Below, piece by piece: positions 31,092 to 40,601 of a stretch of 64,000 bases of DNA (its first letter is position 1; each line of letters opens with the position of its first letter). Source of the stretch: a virus; IMG/VR virus record IMGVR_UViG_3300032083_003901, positions 1-64,000 of that record; one strand, 5' to 3'. The position numbers and the translations under genes were made by a program. The notes under the pieces are model-generated. The model was given only the letters and a program-made list of their open reading frames with translations. It did not search any database and was not told the origin of the DNA.

Positions 31092-31178
31092 CAACAAAGA
31101 TGGCCATAACGCCACAGAATGAACTTTCTTTTATCTGGCAATACAATACTAATGTTTGACTGAAGCTAGGAGAAAACA

Positions 31179-31979
31179 TTGCCCGAAGGCGCAGAATGCA
31201 GAATCATTAGTGAGGGTTTGGCAAAGAAAGTAGGAACCCGAATTTGCACGAGCATCGTCCCGGTTTCGGGTCGATACACTAAAAATCCTCTTCCTGGCCT
31301 GGAACTTTTCGAGCCAACTCGAGTTGTTGGAGTTGGCGTCAAAGGAAAGTTGATTTTTTGGATTCTTGAAAATGAGACTTTCCTTTTGAATACGCTTGGC
31401 ATGTCAGGCACTTGGACCAAAGATCCGGATCACAGTCACGTTAGAGTTAGATTTGATTTCAGCACTGGAGACCCAGTATTTTTTGTAGATGCTAGAAACT
31501 TTGGCACGATGAAAGTCATCAAAGGCAAAAAAACTTTTATTGATAAGCTGAATAGTCTAGGTCCTGATTTGTTGAATGAAGACGTGTCAAACGAAAGATT
31601 CGTTGAAGCTTTGGACAAAAAACCTCATTGGACTGTTGCTAAAGCAATTATGAACCAGTCTGTTGTTTGCGGCGTTGGAAATTACGTCAAAGCAGAGGCA
31701 CTCTACAGAGCTGAAATTTCACCTCATAGATTGGTTGGATCTCTTTCGACAGAAGAGCTAAAAGCACTTAACGTGTGCTGCCAGATTGTCTTGCGTCAAG
31801 CTTACAACGGACGCGGAGCGTCAATTCGAACTTATAGAGATTCTGATGGCAATGTTGGAGAAGCGACACTCCAATTTATGGTTTACGGCAAAAGCCACGA
31901 TCCAAAAGGAAATGAAGTGGTTCGAGAAAAAACAGACGATGGTAGAACCACACATTGGGTACCTGCTGTTCAAAAATGA
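31179..31979 (+). CDS. mutM: Formamidopyrimidine-DNA glycosylase / Nei family
   Basis: N-terminal PEGAE, KGK, LGMSG, DARNFG, LGPD, GVGNY..EALY, zincless finger GRTTHW. Confidence 0.92.
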   Translation: MPEGAECRIISEGLAKKVGTRICTSIVPVSGRYTKNPLPGLELFEPTRVVGVGVKGKLIFWILENETFLLNTLGMSGTWTKDPDHSHVRVRFDFSTGDPVFFVDARNFGTMKVIKGKKTFIDKLNSLGPDLLNEDVSNERFVEALDKKPHWTVAKAIMNQSVVCGVGNYVKAEALYRAEISPHRLVGSLSTEELKALNVCCQIVLRQAYNGRGASIRTYRDSDGNVGEATLQFMVYGKSHDPKGNEVVREKTDDGRTTHWVPAVQK

Positions 31980-32034
31980 ACAGTCATCTCTTGCGAGATA
32001 AAATATTATTTGAATTTCAAAAAGGAGTATTATA

Positions 32035-32238
32035 ATGCGTTTGTCTGACAATTCTATTTCACAACTAGTTCGAGTTCTTCAACTTGCAATGCTTTCTGGC
32101 ACAGATATTACCGACAACATGAGAATGATGCGCTTTGTAGCCGAAGACGATCAGATCGATCTAGATCCTGATTATCTAGAAAGCTTCAATGCCAACTTGT
32201 TGGCAATGGAGCAAGAGCTAGAAAACACTCAGCAGTAG
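32035..32238 (+). CDS. Hypothetical protein
   Basis: AAGGAG RBS, 67 aa. Confidence 0.7.
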   Translation: MRLSDNSISQLVRVLQLAMLSGTDITDNMRMMRFVAEDDQIDLDPDYLESFNANLLAMEQELENTQQ

Positions 32239-32240
32239 CC

Positions 32241-32471
32241 ATGGCGCTAAGTCCAGAAGTTGCTGAAATAATTCAAGAAGCAGTCAAAGTTGGCGGCAAG
32301 GCTCTAGAAGGAAAATTGCCGCCTAAACCTTATCTCAAAAAAAGAAACCCATATGCTCACTTATACGAGAGAATCAAAGCTCGCATGGGCCGTTCTTACA
32401 AAGACTGCGAAGACTGGGAAGCAATTGAAATACTCAGGCTCATTGAGTACTATGCAAACAATCCCTGCTGA
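32241..32471 (+). CDS. Hypothetical protein
   Basis: 76 aa packed in the operon before dnaE. Confidence 0.65.
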   Translation: MALSPEVAEIIQEAVKVGGKALEGKLPPKPYLKKRNPYAHLYERIKARMGRSYKDCEDWEAIEILRLIEYYANNPC

Positions 32472-32485
32472 TCTAAGAGGAAAAA

Positions 32486-35400
32486 TTGAAAAAGCCAAAT
32501 AAATTTGTCGGTCTTCACTCGCATACCGGAGTCGGCAGTGTCTTCGATGGACTAGGATATCCACAAGAGCACATAGACTTTTGTCTGGAAAACGGACTCA
32601 ATGCTTGGGCTCTAACGGAACATGGCAACGCAAACTCTTTTGCGCATGCGTATCTATACAATCAGAAACTCAAGAGTAAAGGCATTGATTTCAAATTTAT
32701 TCCTGGTGCTGAGCTTTACGTTCATCCTGACTTAGATGTTTGGCAATATGATTACCAGATCTCCAAAGCAGCGAAAAGCGGAGACAAAGATGCAGTGGCA
32801 AAACTGCGCGCAGAGCGAGAGAAAATTGCTACCCATATTGACATTACAACTGACGGAGATGATGAGATCACGGACATCCAGGTTTCTTCTGAGGAAGCTT
32901 CGCTAACCGTTGAGAACGAAGAAGAAACTAAGTCTGGCAAGTTTTTCGATCCTGTCAAGCGTCGTCATCATTTGGTAGTGTTGCCAAAAACTTCCGTTGG
33001 TCTACAAAGGCTTTTTGGCCTTATTAGCCGCGGCTATCTTGAAGGCTTCTATCGCTTTCCTCGAGTTGACTACAAGATGCTTAAAGAAGCTGCTGAGGGA
33101 GGCCATTTGATGGTTTCCAGCGCGTGCTTGGGAGGTCCACTCTCAGCCGAAGTCTTCAAACATCTGCAGCAAGTGGAATTCAATGAGCTAAACTACAAAT
33201 TGCTCGACGATCCGTCTCTGGCAAAAAAGGTCATGTTAGGCATTGGCAACACTTACGAGCAATTGGTTGATGCTGTCGGTGCTGAGAATGTTTTTCTTGA
33301 GCTGCAATTCAACAAACTATCAGCCCAGCACTTGGTCAATCGAGCTCTTATGCAGTTCGCTAAACAAGAAAATTTGGGCGACAAGCTAGTTGTAACATGC
33401 GATTCTCACTATGCACGCCCCGAGCATTGGAAAGAGAGGGAGATCTATAAGAAGCTTGGATGGCTTAACCATGGAGACTTCGACCCCTCTCAGATTCCTC
33501 AGTCTCGTGAGGAACTCAAGTGCGAACTCTATCCAAAGAATGCAGATCAAGTCTGGCAATCTTATCTCGAAACAGCAGATGGCATGAGTTTTTACGATGA
33601 TGCTCTTGTTTCGGCAGCGATCGAAAGAACGCACGACATTGCCCACGATATGATTGGCGACATTGTTCCTGATACGAGCATGAAGTTGCCATCTTACGTG
33701 ATTCCAAAAGGCACGACAGCTGATCGTGCATTGGTTGACATGTGCAAAAAAGCTTTACTTGAGAAAGGCTTGCATACAAACAAAGAGTACGTCGATAGAA
33801 CTATTCACGAGTTGAAAGTCATCAAAGAGAAGAACTTTTCTGAGTACTTCTTGACAATGAAAAAGATTATCGATGTTGCATGGGAAAGCTTTATCGTTGG
33901 TTGTGGCCGTGGTTCTGGCGCTGGTTCTCTAGTGAATTACCTTCTGGGAATTACCAATGTCGACCCAATTGAGTATGGCTTGTTGTTCGAGCGTTTCCTA
34001 GATCCAATGAGAACAGAGAGTCCGGACATTGATACGGATGTTTCAGATCGTGATGGCTTGATTCACAAGTTGCGTGAAGAATTTGGCGGCGATAACGTTA
34101 TTCCAATTTCTAACTACAACACTTTCAAGCTCAAGTCGTTGATCAAAGATGTTTCTCGATTTTATGGCATCCCTTTCCAAGATGTCAATGCTGCATTGTC
34201 CACCTTGGAGAAAGATGTTGCCAATGGCCGAAGATCTTCGGGCGAAGAAGGCGGATTTGACATAACTTTGGACGAGGCACTTCGCTTCTCTAAGAAGACA
34301 GCAACTTTCTTGGAATCACATCCAGAAATTGTTTCGCCGCTCAATGTGCTATTCAAGCAAAATAAGAACTTGGGTCGACATGCCGGCGGTGTTATCATAT
34401 CTGAAAACATTGCTGATAGAATGCCTCTTATTCTGGCCAAAGGTGAACCTCAAACCCCTTGGGTGGAAGGCATGACCGCAAAACACTTGGAGTCTTTTGG
34501 CTGGATCAAGTTCGATCTTTTGGGTCTTGAGACTCTTCGAATGATCCAGAAGACTATTGAGCTGATTCTCAAAAAGGAAGGCAATCCCAATCCTACTTTT
34601 GCTGAAGTAAAGCAGTGGTACTTGGAACACATGGATCCAAAGGTCATGGATCTAAAAGATCAAAAGGTGTACGAGCACGTTTATCATGCTGGTCGTTGGG
34701 CTGGAGTTTTTCAGTGTACGCAAGCTGGAGCTCAAAAGCTTTTCAAGCGAGCAAAGCCAGAATCAATCATGGACTTGGCTACCTTGACTTCAATCTATCG
34801 CCCGGGTCCTTTGAGCGCTAAAGTTGATAACATCTATGTTCGAGCAAAGAAAAATCCGGAATCTGTGGATTATGGTCATCCTCTAATCAGACAAGTTCTA
34901 GAGCCTTCATATGGCTGCATTGTCTTTCAAGAGCAAGCCATGGCACTGTGTCACGTTGTTGCAGGTATTCCTAAAATCGAGCTCAACAAAATCCGTAAGA
35001 TGATGAAACCTGGCGGATCGAGTGGCGATAACGTAGAAAAAGCGAAAGCCCTTCGAGATCGTTTCATTACCGGTGCAATCAATAACGGTGTGAAAAAGTC
35101 TGTAGCGGAAGATCTTTACGAAAAAATCTTGTTCTTTGCTGGATATGGATTCAATGCTTCTCACGCAGTTTGTTATGCAATCAATTCATACTACTGCGCC
35201 TGGTTGCTGACTTACTACAAAACTGAGTGGCTCACTGCATATCTCGAGGCTTCATCTAGCAAGCCAGAAAAGTTGGCAAAAGCTCTATCTGAAGTCAAAG
35301 GATTGGGATACAAGATTTCGCGTGCTGATGTAAACTATTCAGAAAGAGAGTGGACTTGCATCAATGGCGATACATTTGTTCCTTCATTCGCTTCTTGCAA

Positions 35401-36076
35401 GGGTCTCGGTGATGCAGCAATTGACGAGATCATGATTAGTCGACCTTACGGCAAGTTGGAAGATGTCTTTTGGAATGAAGATGGAACTTGGAAGCCATCA
35501 AAGCTCAACAAAACTGGCATATCTGCTTTGATCAAACTTCGAGCATTTGAATCAGTGAACTGGCGATCTAAATTTGAAAACTATCGACAGTTTCACGATG
35601 TAGTTCTAGACAACTGGAATGAGATCAAGAAGTCTCTAAAGAAAGATCCCGATAGAGGCAGAAACCGGTTTAATGAATTGGCTCTAGAGACAGAAGGCAC
35701 TCCGGACTGGAGTCTGTCAGAAGTCATCAGCAATAGCATGAGCTTGTTAGGAACTGTGAATCTAGAGAGCTTGATGCCTGAAGATTTGCAAGAAAACTTG
35801 GCAGCTAGAAACATTCGCTGCATTGATGATTTTGACAGAGAAGAGATTTATTGGGGTTTGCTGGTAAAAGCAGATAAGAAGATGACTAAGAAAAAGAAGC
35901 CTTACTTGTTGTTGCACTTGATGGGCAAAAGTGGTTCTAGAGAGCGAGTTTTCTGCTGGAATAGTCCAGCTGATGCTTCTCTAAAACCTAACTCTTTGGT
36001 AGCCCTTCAGCTATCAAAAACTGACTTTGGTTTTTCTACAAGATGGCGAAAAATTGTTGAACTAAGATCTAAGTGA
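32486..36076 (+). CDS. dnaE: DNA polymerase III alpha subunit (family C)
   Basis: PHP domain LHSHT..SVFDG, TEHG, DSHY; GRGSGAGSL, LLFERFL, SPDIDTD, GRHAGG, KFDLLGL, YGFNASHA. Confidence 0.96.
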   Translation: MKKPNKFVGLHSHTGVGSVFDGLGYPQEHIDFCLENGLNAWALTEHGNANSFAHAYLYNQKLKSKGIDFKFIPGAELYVHPDLDVWQYDYQISKAAKSGDKDAVAKLRAEREKIATHIDITTDGDDEITDIQVSSEEASLTVENEEETKSGKFFDPVKRRHHLVVLPKTSVGLQRLFGLISRGYLEGFYRFPRVDYKMLKEAAEGGHLMVSSACLGGPLSAEVFKHLQQVEFNELNYKLLDDPSLAKKVMLGIGNTYEQLVDAVGAENVFLELQFNKLSAQHLVNRALMQFAKQENLGDKLVVTCDSHYARPEHWKEREIYKKLGWLNHGDFDPSQIPQSREELKCELYPKNADQVWQSYLETADGMSFYDDALVSAAIERTHDIAHDMIGDIVPDTSMKLPSYVIPKGTTADRALVDMCKKALLEKGLHTNKEYVDRTIHELKVIKEKNFSEYFLTMKKIIDVAWESFIVGCGRGSGAGSLVNYLLGITNVDPIEYGLLFERFLDPMRTESPDIDTDVSDRDGLIHKLREEFGGDNVIPISNYNTFKLKSLIKDVSRFYGIPFQDVNAALSTLEKDVANGRRSSGEEGGFDITLDEALRFSKKTATFLESHPEIVSPLNVLFKQNKNLGRHAGGVIISENIADRMPLILAKGEPQTPWVEGMTAKHLESFGWIKFDLLGLETLRMIQKTIELILKKEGNPNPTFAEVKQWYLEHMDPKVMDLKDQKVYEHVYHAGRWAGVFQCTQAGAQKLFKRAKPESIMDLATLTSIYRPGPLSAKVDNIYVRAKKNPESVDYGHPLIRQVLEPSYGCIVFQEQAMALCHVVAGIPKIELNKIRKMMKPGGSSGDNVEKAKALRDRFITGAINNGVKKSVAEDLYEKILFFAGYGFNASHAVCYAINSYYCAWLLTYYKTEWLTAYLEASSSKPEKLAKALSEVKGLGYKISRADVNYSEREWTCINGDTFVPSFASCKGLGDAAIDEIMISRPYGKLEDVFWNEDGTWKPSKLNKTGISALIKLRAFESVNWRSKFENYRQFHDVVLDNWNEIKKSLKKDPDRGRNRFNELALETEGTPDWSLSEVISNSMSLLGTVNLESLMPEDLQENLAARNIRCIDDFDREEIYWGLLVKADKKMTKKKKPYLLLHLMGKSGSRERVFCWNSPADASLKPNSLVALQLSKTDFGFSTRWRKIVELRSK

Positions 36077-36085
36077 GTTTATAAT
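36057..36085 (+). promoter_or_regulatory. Sigma70-like promoter TTGAAC-N17-TATAAT for the nucleotide-modification operon
   Basis: -10 box overlaps ATG 36084, so the in-frame ATG 36093 is the likelier start. Confidence 0.55.
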
Positions 36086-36092
36086 GTACAGC

Positions 36093-36932
36093 ATGGAATT
36101 CAACCAAATGAAATTTGATAGTCTAAACGATTTATTTCTCAACCTCTTGGGTCAAGTCTGGAATAACGGAAGTGAAGTCAACTCAAGAGGCTCTAAGCAG
36201 AAAGAGTTACTATTTCAATCTTTTACTTTGACTAATCCTACTGCTTTAGACATTACTTCTGATGCACGCAAATTTTCGAAAGACTACGCTGTCTCTGAGT
36301 GGATGTGGTATCTTTCTACAAATCGCTCCGCTAAAAACATTGGTAAGTTGGCTAAAATCTGGTCTAGGATTGCCGATGAAAATGGCGAAGTAGAATCCAA
36401 CTATGGTTCTTATTTTTGGCCACAGTGGAAATGGGTTATCAATGAGTTGGTATCTGACAACGATACTCGGCGTGCGACCATGGTTGTCAACCAACCTCAT
36501 CACAAAGAAGCAAATGTAAACGACTACCCTTGCACTCAATATGTGCAGTTTCTTATTCGAGACAAGAAGCTGCACATGGGTGTGAACATGAGATCAAACG
36601 ATATTATCTTTGGTCTTTGCAATGATGTGTTCACTTTCTGCTTGTTCCAGCAGATGATGCTGAATGAGCTTAGGTTGCGTGGACTAGACGTTGAATTGGG
36701 AGAATACTATCATCATGCCGGCAGTTTGCATCTATACGAAATGCATTTTTCTAAAGCGCAACAAATTTTGAAAGAAGATGTAAGCCAAAATTCGGCACAG
36801 ACTTTTGAACTAAGAGGTGATTTTTGTTGGCCAGATTATCAAAACTTAAAGGCAGCTTTTCCGATGAAGGATACGAGCAAGAAGGAGCTGCAGGAACTAG
36901 CGAAACTAGCAGCGGAGGAGCTTTTTGTATGA
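36093..36932 (+). CDS. Thymidylate-synthase-family enzyme, probably dCMP hydroxymethylase/methylase
   Basis: VESNYG, DTRRA, DYPCT (catalytic Cys), MRSNDIIFGLCND, GSLHLY. Asp at the position of ThyA Asn177. Confidence 0.8.
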   Translation: MEFNQMKFDSLNDLFLNLLGQVWNNGSEVNSRGSKQKELLFQSFTLTNPTALDITSDARKFSKDYAVSEWMWYLSTNRSAKNIGKLAKIWSRIADENGEVESNYGSYFWPQWKWVINELVSDNDTRRATMVVNQPHHKEANVNDYPCTQYVQFLIRDKKLHMGVNMRSNDIIFGLCNDVFTFCLFQQMMLNELRLRGLDVELGEYYHHAGSLHLYEMHFSKAQQILKEDVSQNSAQTFELRGDFCWPDYQNLKAAFPMKDTSKKELQELAKLAAEELFV

Positions 36933-37207
36933 ACATTCTAGAGCAAGCAAACGAGATCGTGAACAAGAGATCTGAAGAGAAAGAGCGCATGTATGGACCT
37001 TTCTCTGAAGGCATGCGCCGAGCAGCTTTGATTGCAACAGGCATGACTGGCAAAGAGTTTGAGGCTGAAGACATGTACGCTGCTCTAGTGGCTTTGAAAC
37101 TATCCAGGCACTCTTACAACTACAAGCAAGACAATTTGCTTGATGCTTGTGCTTACCTAGGAGCTCTTGATAATTTCATCGTTGAAAAGGGAGAAGAAAA
37201 CAAATGA
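36929..37207 (+). CDS. DUF6378-like small helical protein (possible nucleotide hydrolase)
   Basis: ILEQANEIV..R....YG..LKLSR......DNLLDACAY pattern. Confidence 0.65.
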   Translation: MNILEQANEIVNKRSEEKERMYGPFSEGMRRAALIATGMTGKEFEAEDMYAALVALKLSRHSYNYKQDNLLDACAYLGALDNFIVEKGEENK

Positions 37208-37647
37208 AAATCTGTAAAGTTAGAGATGTAAAGACCCCAACTAGAGGAACGGAAGGCAGTGCAGGTTTGGATTTCTATGTTCCTAATGATCTAGGACATG
37301 AAGAAATTGTCATTGGACCCGGATCAGCAGCGTTCATTCCTTCGGGCATCAAAGCAGATGTTCCGGCTGGGCATGCTCTGATTGCTTTCAATAAATCTGG
37401 CGTTGCTCTAAAGAAACAATTGTCTGTGGGCGCGTGTGTTGTCGATGAAGACTACCAAGGCGAAATCCATTTGCATGTGTACAATTTTGGAAATGAAGAA
37501 ACTTTGGTGAAGCCAGGCGAAAAACTGCTGCAAATGGTGCTACTGCCCGTAAATTATGCTAGCGTTGAAGTTGTTGAAGAAGATCAGCTTTTTGGCGAGA
37601 CGACAGAACGAGGCGATGGAGGCTTTGGTTCCACAGGAGTTTTTTGA
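37204..37647 (+). CDS. dut: Trimeric dUTPase
   Basis: SAGLD, NKSG, VVDEDYQGEI, Q, RGDGGFGSTG motifs. Confidence 0.93.
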   Translation: MKICKVRDVKTPTRGTEGSAGLDFYVPNDLGHEEIVIGPGSAAFIPSGIKADVPAGHALIAFNKSGVALKKQLSVGACVVDEDYQGEIHLHVYNFGNEETLVKPGEKLLQMVLLPVNYASVEVVEEDQLFGETTERGDGGFGSTGVF

Positions 37648-37649
37648 TT

Positions 37650-38654
37650 ATGAGTGCAATTGTTAGTCCGATTACTAATCATGCAAATAGGCTAGCTAGC
37701 CACAGAACTGGTTGGGCCAGAATGTGGTCAGCATGCTTAGATAGTGAGTTGCTGTATAACCAAGATTGGTCAAACGAGAGCACGGTTTATTTTGAACACG
37801 GAATGGAGTTCAAAGAAAATTCCAAAGGTGTCAATGTATTTCTAAAAGATCCTAAATCTTGGGACAAACTGGCAGAAAAAGCCAGGATGATTGAAAACTT
37901 TACTGGTGAACTTTATTCTCTAGACATTGATTGCCCGGATTATGGAGCTAGGCTGAAGTCTAGGGTTCGTGAGCATTCTACGCAAGCATACAAGAGTTTA
38001 GATTTCGATAAAATTTCAGAAGTATGCAGCAAAGCAAAAACTTTAAAGCAAGAAGATCTACAAAAGATCGGAATTGTTTTTGGAGACTCGCATGCGCTGA
38101 GTGCTTGGAGAACTGATGCCCATCTTTCCAGAAATGATGGTCAAACTCTAAATGGTGCTCTAAATAAAGGTTTCAATACTTGGACTGAAAAATTCAATCC
38201 TAAAGAAAGAAACTTGCAATTTTTAAGAACTTATCTTGGAAATATCGATATTAGACACCATCTTTGTCGGCTAGCCACAACTCCAGAAGAGCAAAAGAAG
38301 CTTACGCTGGACCTCGCTGAAAGATACATTGAAGAGTTGAAGAATTGGCAGCAGGAAAATAAAGTTCCAACAATTGAAGTTGTAGCTAGCTTGCCAATTG
38401 AGAATGTATCTAGAAAATTGCCAAAAACCGGTTACTTCAAAGGGCAGCCTTATTGGGGAACTTGGGAAGAAAGAAACAATGTTCATCTTTGGTTCAATGA
38501 AGCGCTGATGAATGCATGCAGTAAAAACGAATTTTCTTTCATAGAATGGCCTGATAATTTTATCAACGGGACAGGCGAATTAGATTTTCGTTTTATGGAA
38601 AAACCTAGATCAGTCCATATTTCCCCAGAACACTACATGTGGAAGGTAAAATGA
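37650..38654 (+). CDS. SGNH-hydrolase-like protein in DNA-modification cluster
   Basis: FGDSH (block I), LGNIDIRHH (block III-like), RSVH (block V-like). Confidence 0.55.
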   Translation: MSAIVSPITNHANRLASHRTGWARMWSACLDSELLYNQDWSNESTVYFEHGMEFKENSKGVNVFLKDPKSWDKLAEKARMIENFTGELYSLDIDCPDYGARLKSRVREHSTQAYKSLDFDKISEVCSKAKTLKQEDLQKIGIVFGDSHALSAWRTDAHLSRNDGQTLNGALNKGFNTWTEKFNPKERNLQFLRTYLGNIDIRHHLCRLATTPEEQKKLTLDLAERYIEELKNWQQENKVPTIEVVASLPIENVSRKLPKTGYFKGQPYWGTWEERNNVHLWFNEALMNACSKNEFSFIEWPDNFINGTGELDFRFMEKPRSVHISPEHYMWKVK

Positions 38655-39700
38655 GAGACAAAGTCAATTTTACAGAGTATTTCAATGATTTTCTTCTATA
38701 CGCTGCCATGGCAAAAGAAGTTCAAAACAAATGCAACTTAGGTGGAGAACCTTATGTCGGTTCTTGCGGTGACGACCTCATTGAAAATGTAACCATTTAT
38801 GACACTGTTGAAAGGAAGCACGCAGGTTTCCAAAACATGATTCAAGATCTTTGGTTTGCAGATCAGGCTCCAAAATACTACAAATGGAATGAAGACCACA
38901 AAAAAAGAAATAAAAGCTACAGAGGGCTTCATGAAGTTTGGACCAGAAGAGAGTGGTTGTTTGTATTTCTGACGCATAGAATTACTGGATCTGGTGCTTC
39001 TTTTGAGGTGGATCACGGCTATCGCAATACGATTCTGCCTGAATTGGCAAAGCTTGAAAAAGTCGAGGACATGGTAGAATGGATCAGAAACTATGATGGT
39101 GTCATGTATACTAGCATAGGAAACCAGATTCCAGCGTTTCCAAAACCTCGAGATCAATACAAGACTGGTGGCAAAGTATATTTTGGCGAATATGCCCTCC
39201 AGTTAGTTGACGATGTCTGGCACTTTGTCGATTCAATTAATAACACGGGCAGAAAAGCTCTGATTAGAGAAATTGTGGACTTCATGTGTCAGTGGAATCG
39301 AGAGAGAGGCATGAAAGCTTTTCATTTCCAATATACGGCAACCGCTGCAGATCTGGCTGATTACTATATCGACATCGTTGATGAAGGCAGCCACATGTAT
39401 TACGGTAAAAATGCACAAGAAGCCATGGATCTCTTTGCTACGAAGTCTGGTAGGATCAATAAGGCTCAGTTCTATGACGTTGTCATGGAAGAAGCTAAGA
39501 CACATACTGGTGGATTTCCAAAAGATCTAGAAGACGTAATGTGCGATTACATTCGATATGTCGAAAATTACATACCCGACAATCGAGAAAAGACTTACGC
39601 ACATTTAGATAGAAAGAAAATTTGGAACAATTCAATTATTGAAAATCATCCTAAAGGTCGTCAAAAATGGATGGTAGGCACTAACGAGTGGAAGTGGTAA
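38651..39700 (+). CDS. HhH-superfamily DNA-modification protein (aGPT-Pplase / amino acid:DNA transferase-like)
   Basis: FQYTATAADLADY helix and C-terminal DLEDVMCDYIRY resemble the E-x-x-x-C-[ED]-x-x-[KR]-Y motif of aGPT-Pplase families. Context agrees. Confidence 0.55.
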   Translation: MRDKVNFTEYFNDFLLYAAMAKEVQNKCNLGGEPYVGSCGDDLIENVTIYDTVERKHAGFQNMIQDLWFADQAPKYYKWNEDHKKRNKSYRGLHEVWTRREWLFVFLTHRITGSGASFEVDHGYRNTILPELAKLEKVEDMVEWIRNYDGVMYTSIGNQIPAFPKPRDQYKTGGKVYFGEYALQLVDDVWHFVDSINNTGRKALIREIVDFMCQWNRERGMKAFHFQYTATAADLADYYIDIVDEGSHMYYGKNAQEAMDLFATKSGRINKAQFYDVVMEEAKTHTGGFPKDLEDVMCDYIRYVENYIPDNREKTYAHLDRKKIWNNSIIENHPKGRQKWMVGTNEWKW

Positions 39701-40582
39701 ATGGCACACAACAATCACGTATTAGATGGAATCAACAAAGATCTTCAGTTACGAACTCGCGATGAGTGGCTGGCAATGACAGAAAACTGGGAAGATCCCT
39801 ATGGATTGCCAATTGTAACTGAGCATGAAGGCGTAAAAATCGTCAGAGACGACCACATGGTTGGATCTAAATGCAGGTTTGCTGATCTGTTGATGTCCAA
39901 TGTGAAGCAAGATACGATCGTCTATGTTCAACCTAGATTTGGCTTAGCTGGACCTTCAATTTTGGAAGTTGCTAAGCGTTACGATAAGCGAGTCGTGCTC
40001 TTTATGCCTTCATCTAAAAAAATATCACACCACCAAGCTGTTTGCATTGAAAGAGGTGCTGAGCCTAAATTTATGAGAATTGCTGCCATGCCGAATCTCA
40101 ATTCAGTTGCCAAAAGATGGGCAGAAGAAAATGATGCTTGTTTTGTTCCTCTCGGTCTAAGGCATGAGCTGGTAACAGCATGCGCAATAAGGGTTGTTGA
40201 AAACTTGAGAGAAGTTCATGGAGATCCGGGTCATGTTTGGTTTGCAATTTCTACTGGAGTTTTAGGTAGAGCCCTTCAGATCGGATGGAACAATTCAGAG
40301 CACCACGCAGTTGCAGTCTCTAGAAACTTGAAATCTGGCGAACTTGGTGGAGCTTCAGTAGATTCAGACTCTTTGGCTTTTACCAAAAATGAGCGGAAAG
40401 AAAACTTGCCTCCTTTTCCAACTGTTTACAATTACGATGCCAAAGTTTGGAAGTATATTCCGAAGAATCGCCCTAGTGAAAATCATTGGATGTGGAATGT
40501 AGGCAAAGAGCCAATTTTGGAAGATAAGACTATTTTCGATAGAATTGATAGCTACCGTGACTGGGGTGAAGTTAGGTTTTAG
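39701..40582 (+). CDS. PLP-dependent fold-type II enzyme (hypermodification decarboxylase-like)
   Basis: VRDD..GSKCR (PLP Lys), VWFAISTGVLGRALQ, YDAKVW, WNVG. Confidence 0.75.
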   Translation: MAHNNHVLDGINKDLQLRTRDEWLAMTENWEDPYGLPIVTEHEGVKIVRDDHMVGSKCRFADLLMSNVKQDTIVYVQPRFGLAGPSILEVAKRYDKRVVLFMPSSKKISHHQAVCIERGAEPKFMRIAAMPNLNSVAKRWAEENDACFVPLGLRHELVTACAIRVVENLREVHGDPGHVWFAISTGVLGRALQIGWNNSEHHAVAVSRNLKSGELGGASVDSDSLAFTKNERKENLPPFPTVYNYDAKVWKYIPKNRPSENHWMWNVGKEPILEDKTIFDRIDSYRDWGEVRF

Positions 40583-40601
40583 CTCTGAGAAAAAGGTAAA
40601 A

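Noticed and set aside
17117-36076. Inteins or group I introns in recA, helicase, nrdA/B or dnaE
   Set aside because: Lengths are normal and no splice motifs or homing endonuclease ORFs were seen; the acidic insert in the DnaE PHP domain (~32740-32950) is short and lacks intein ends.
36093-36932. Ordinary ThyA thymidylate synthase
   Set aside because: Has Asp rather than Asn at the specificity position and sits among modification-type genes; disfavoured rather than excluded, since dUTPase and dCMP deaminase nearby do supply dUMP.
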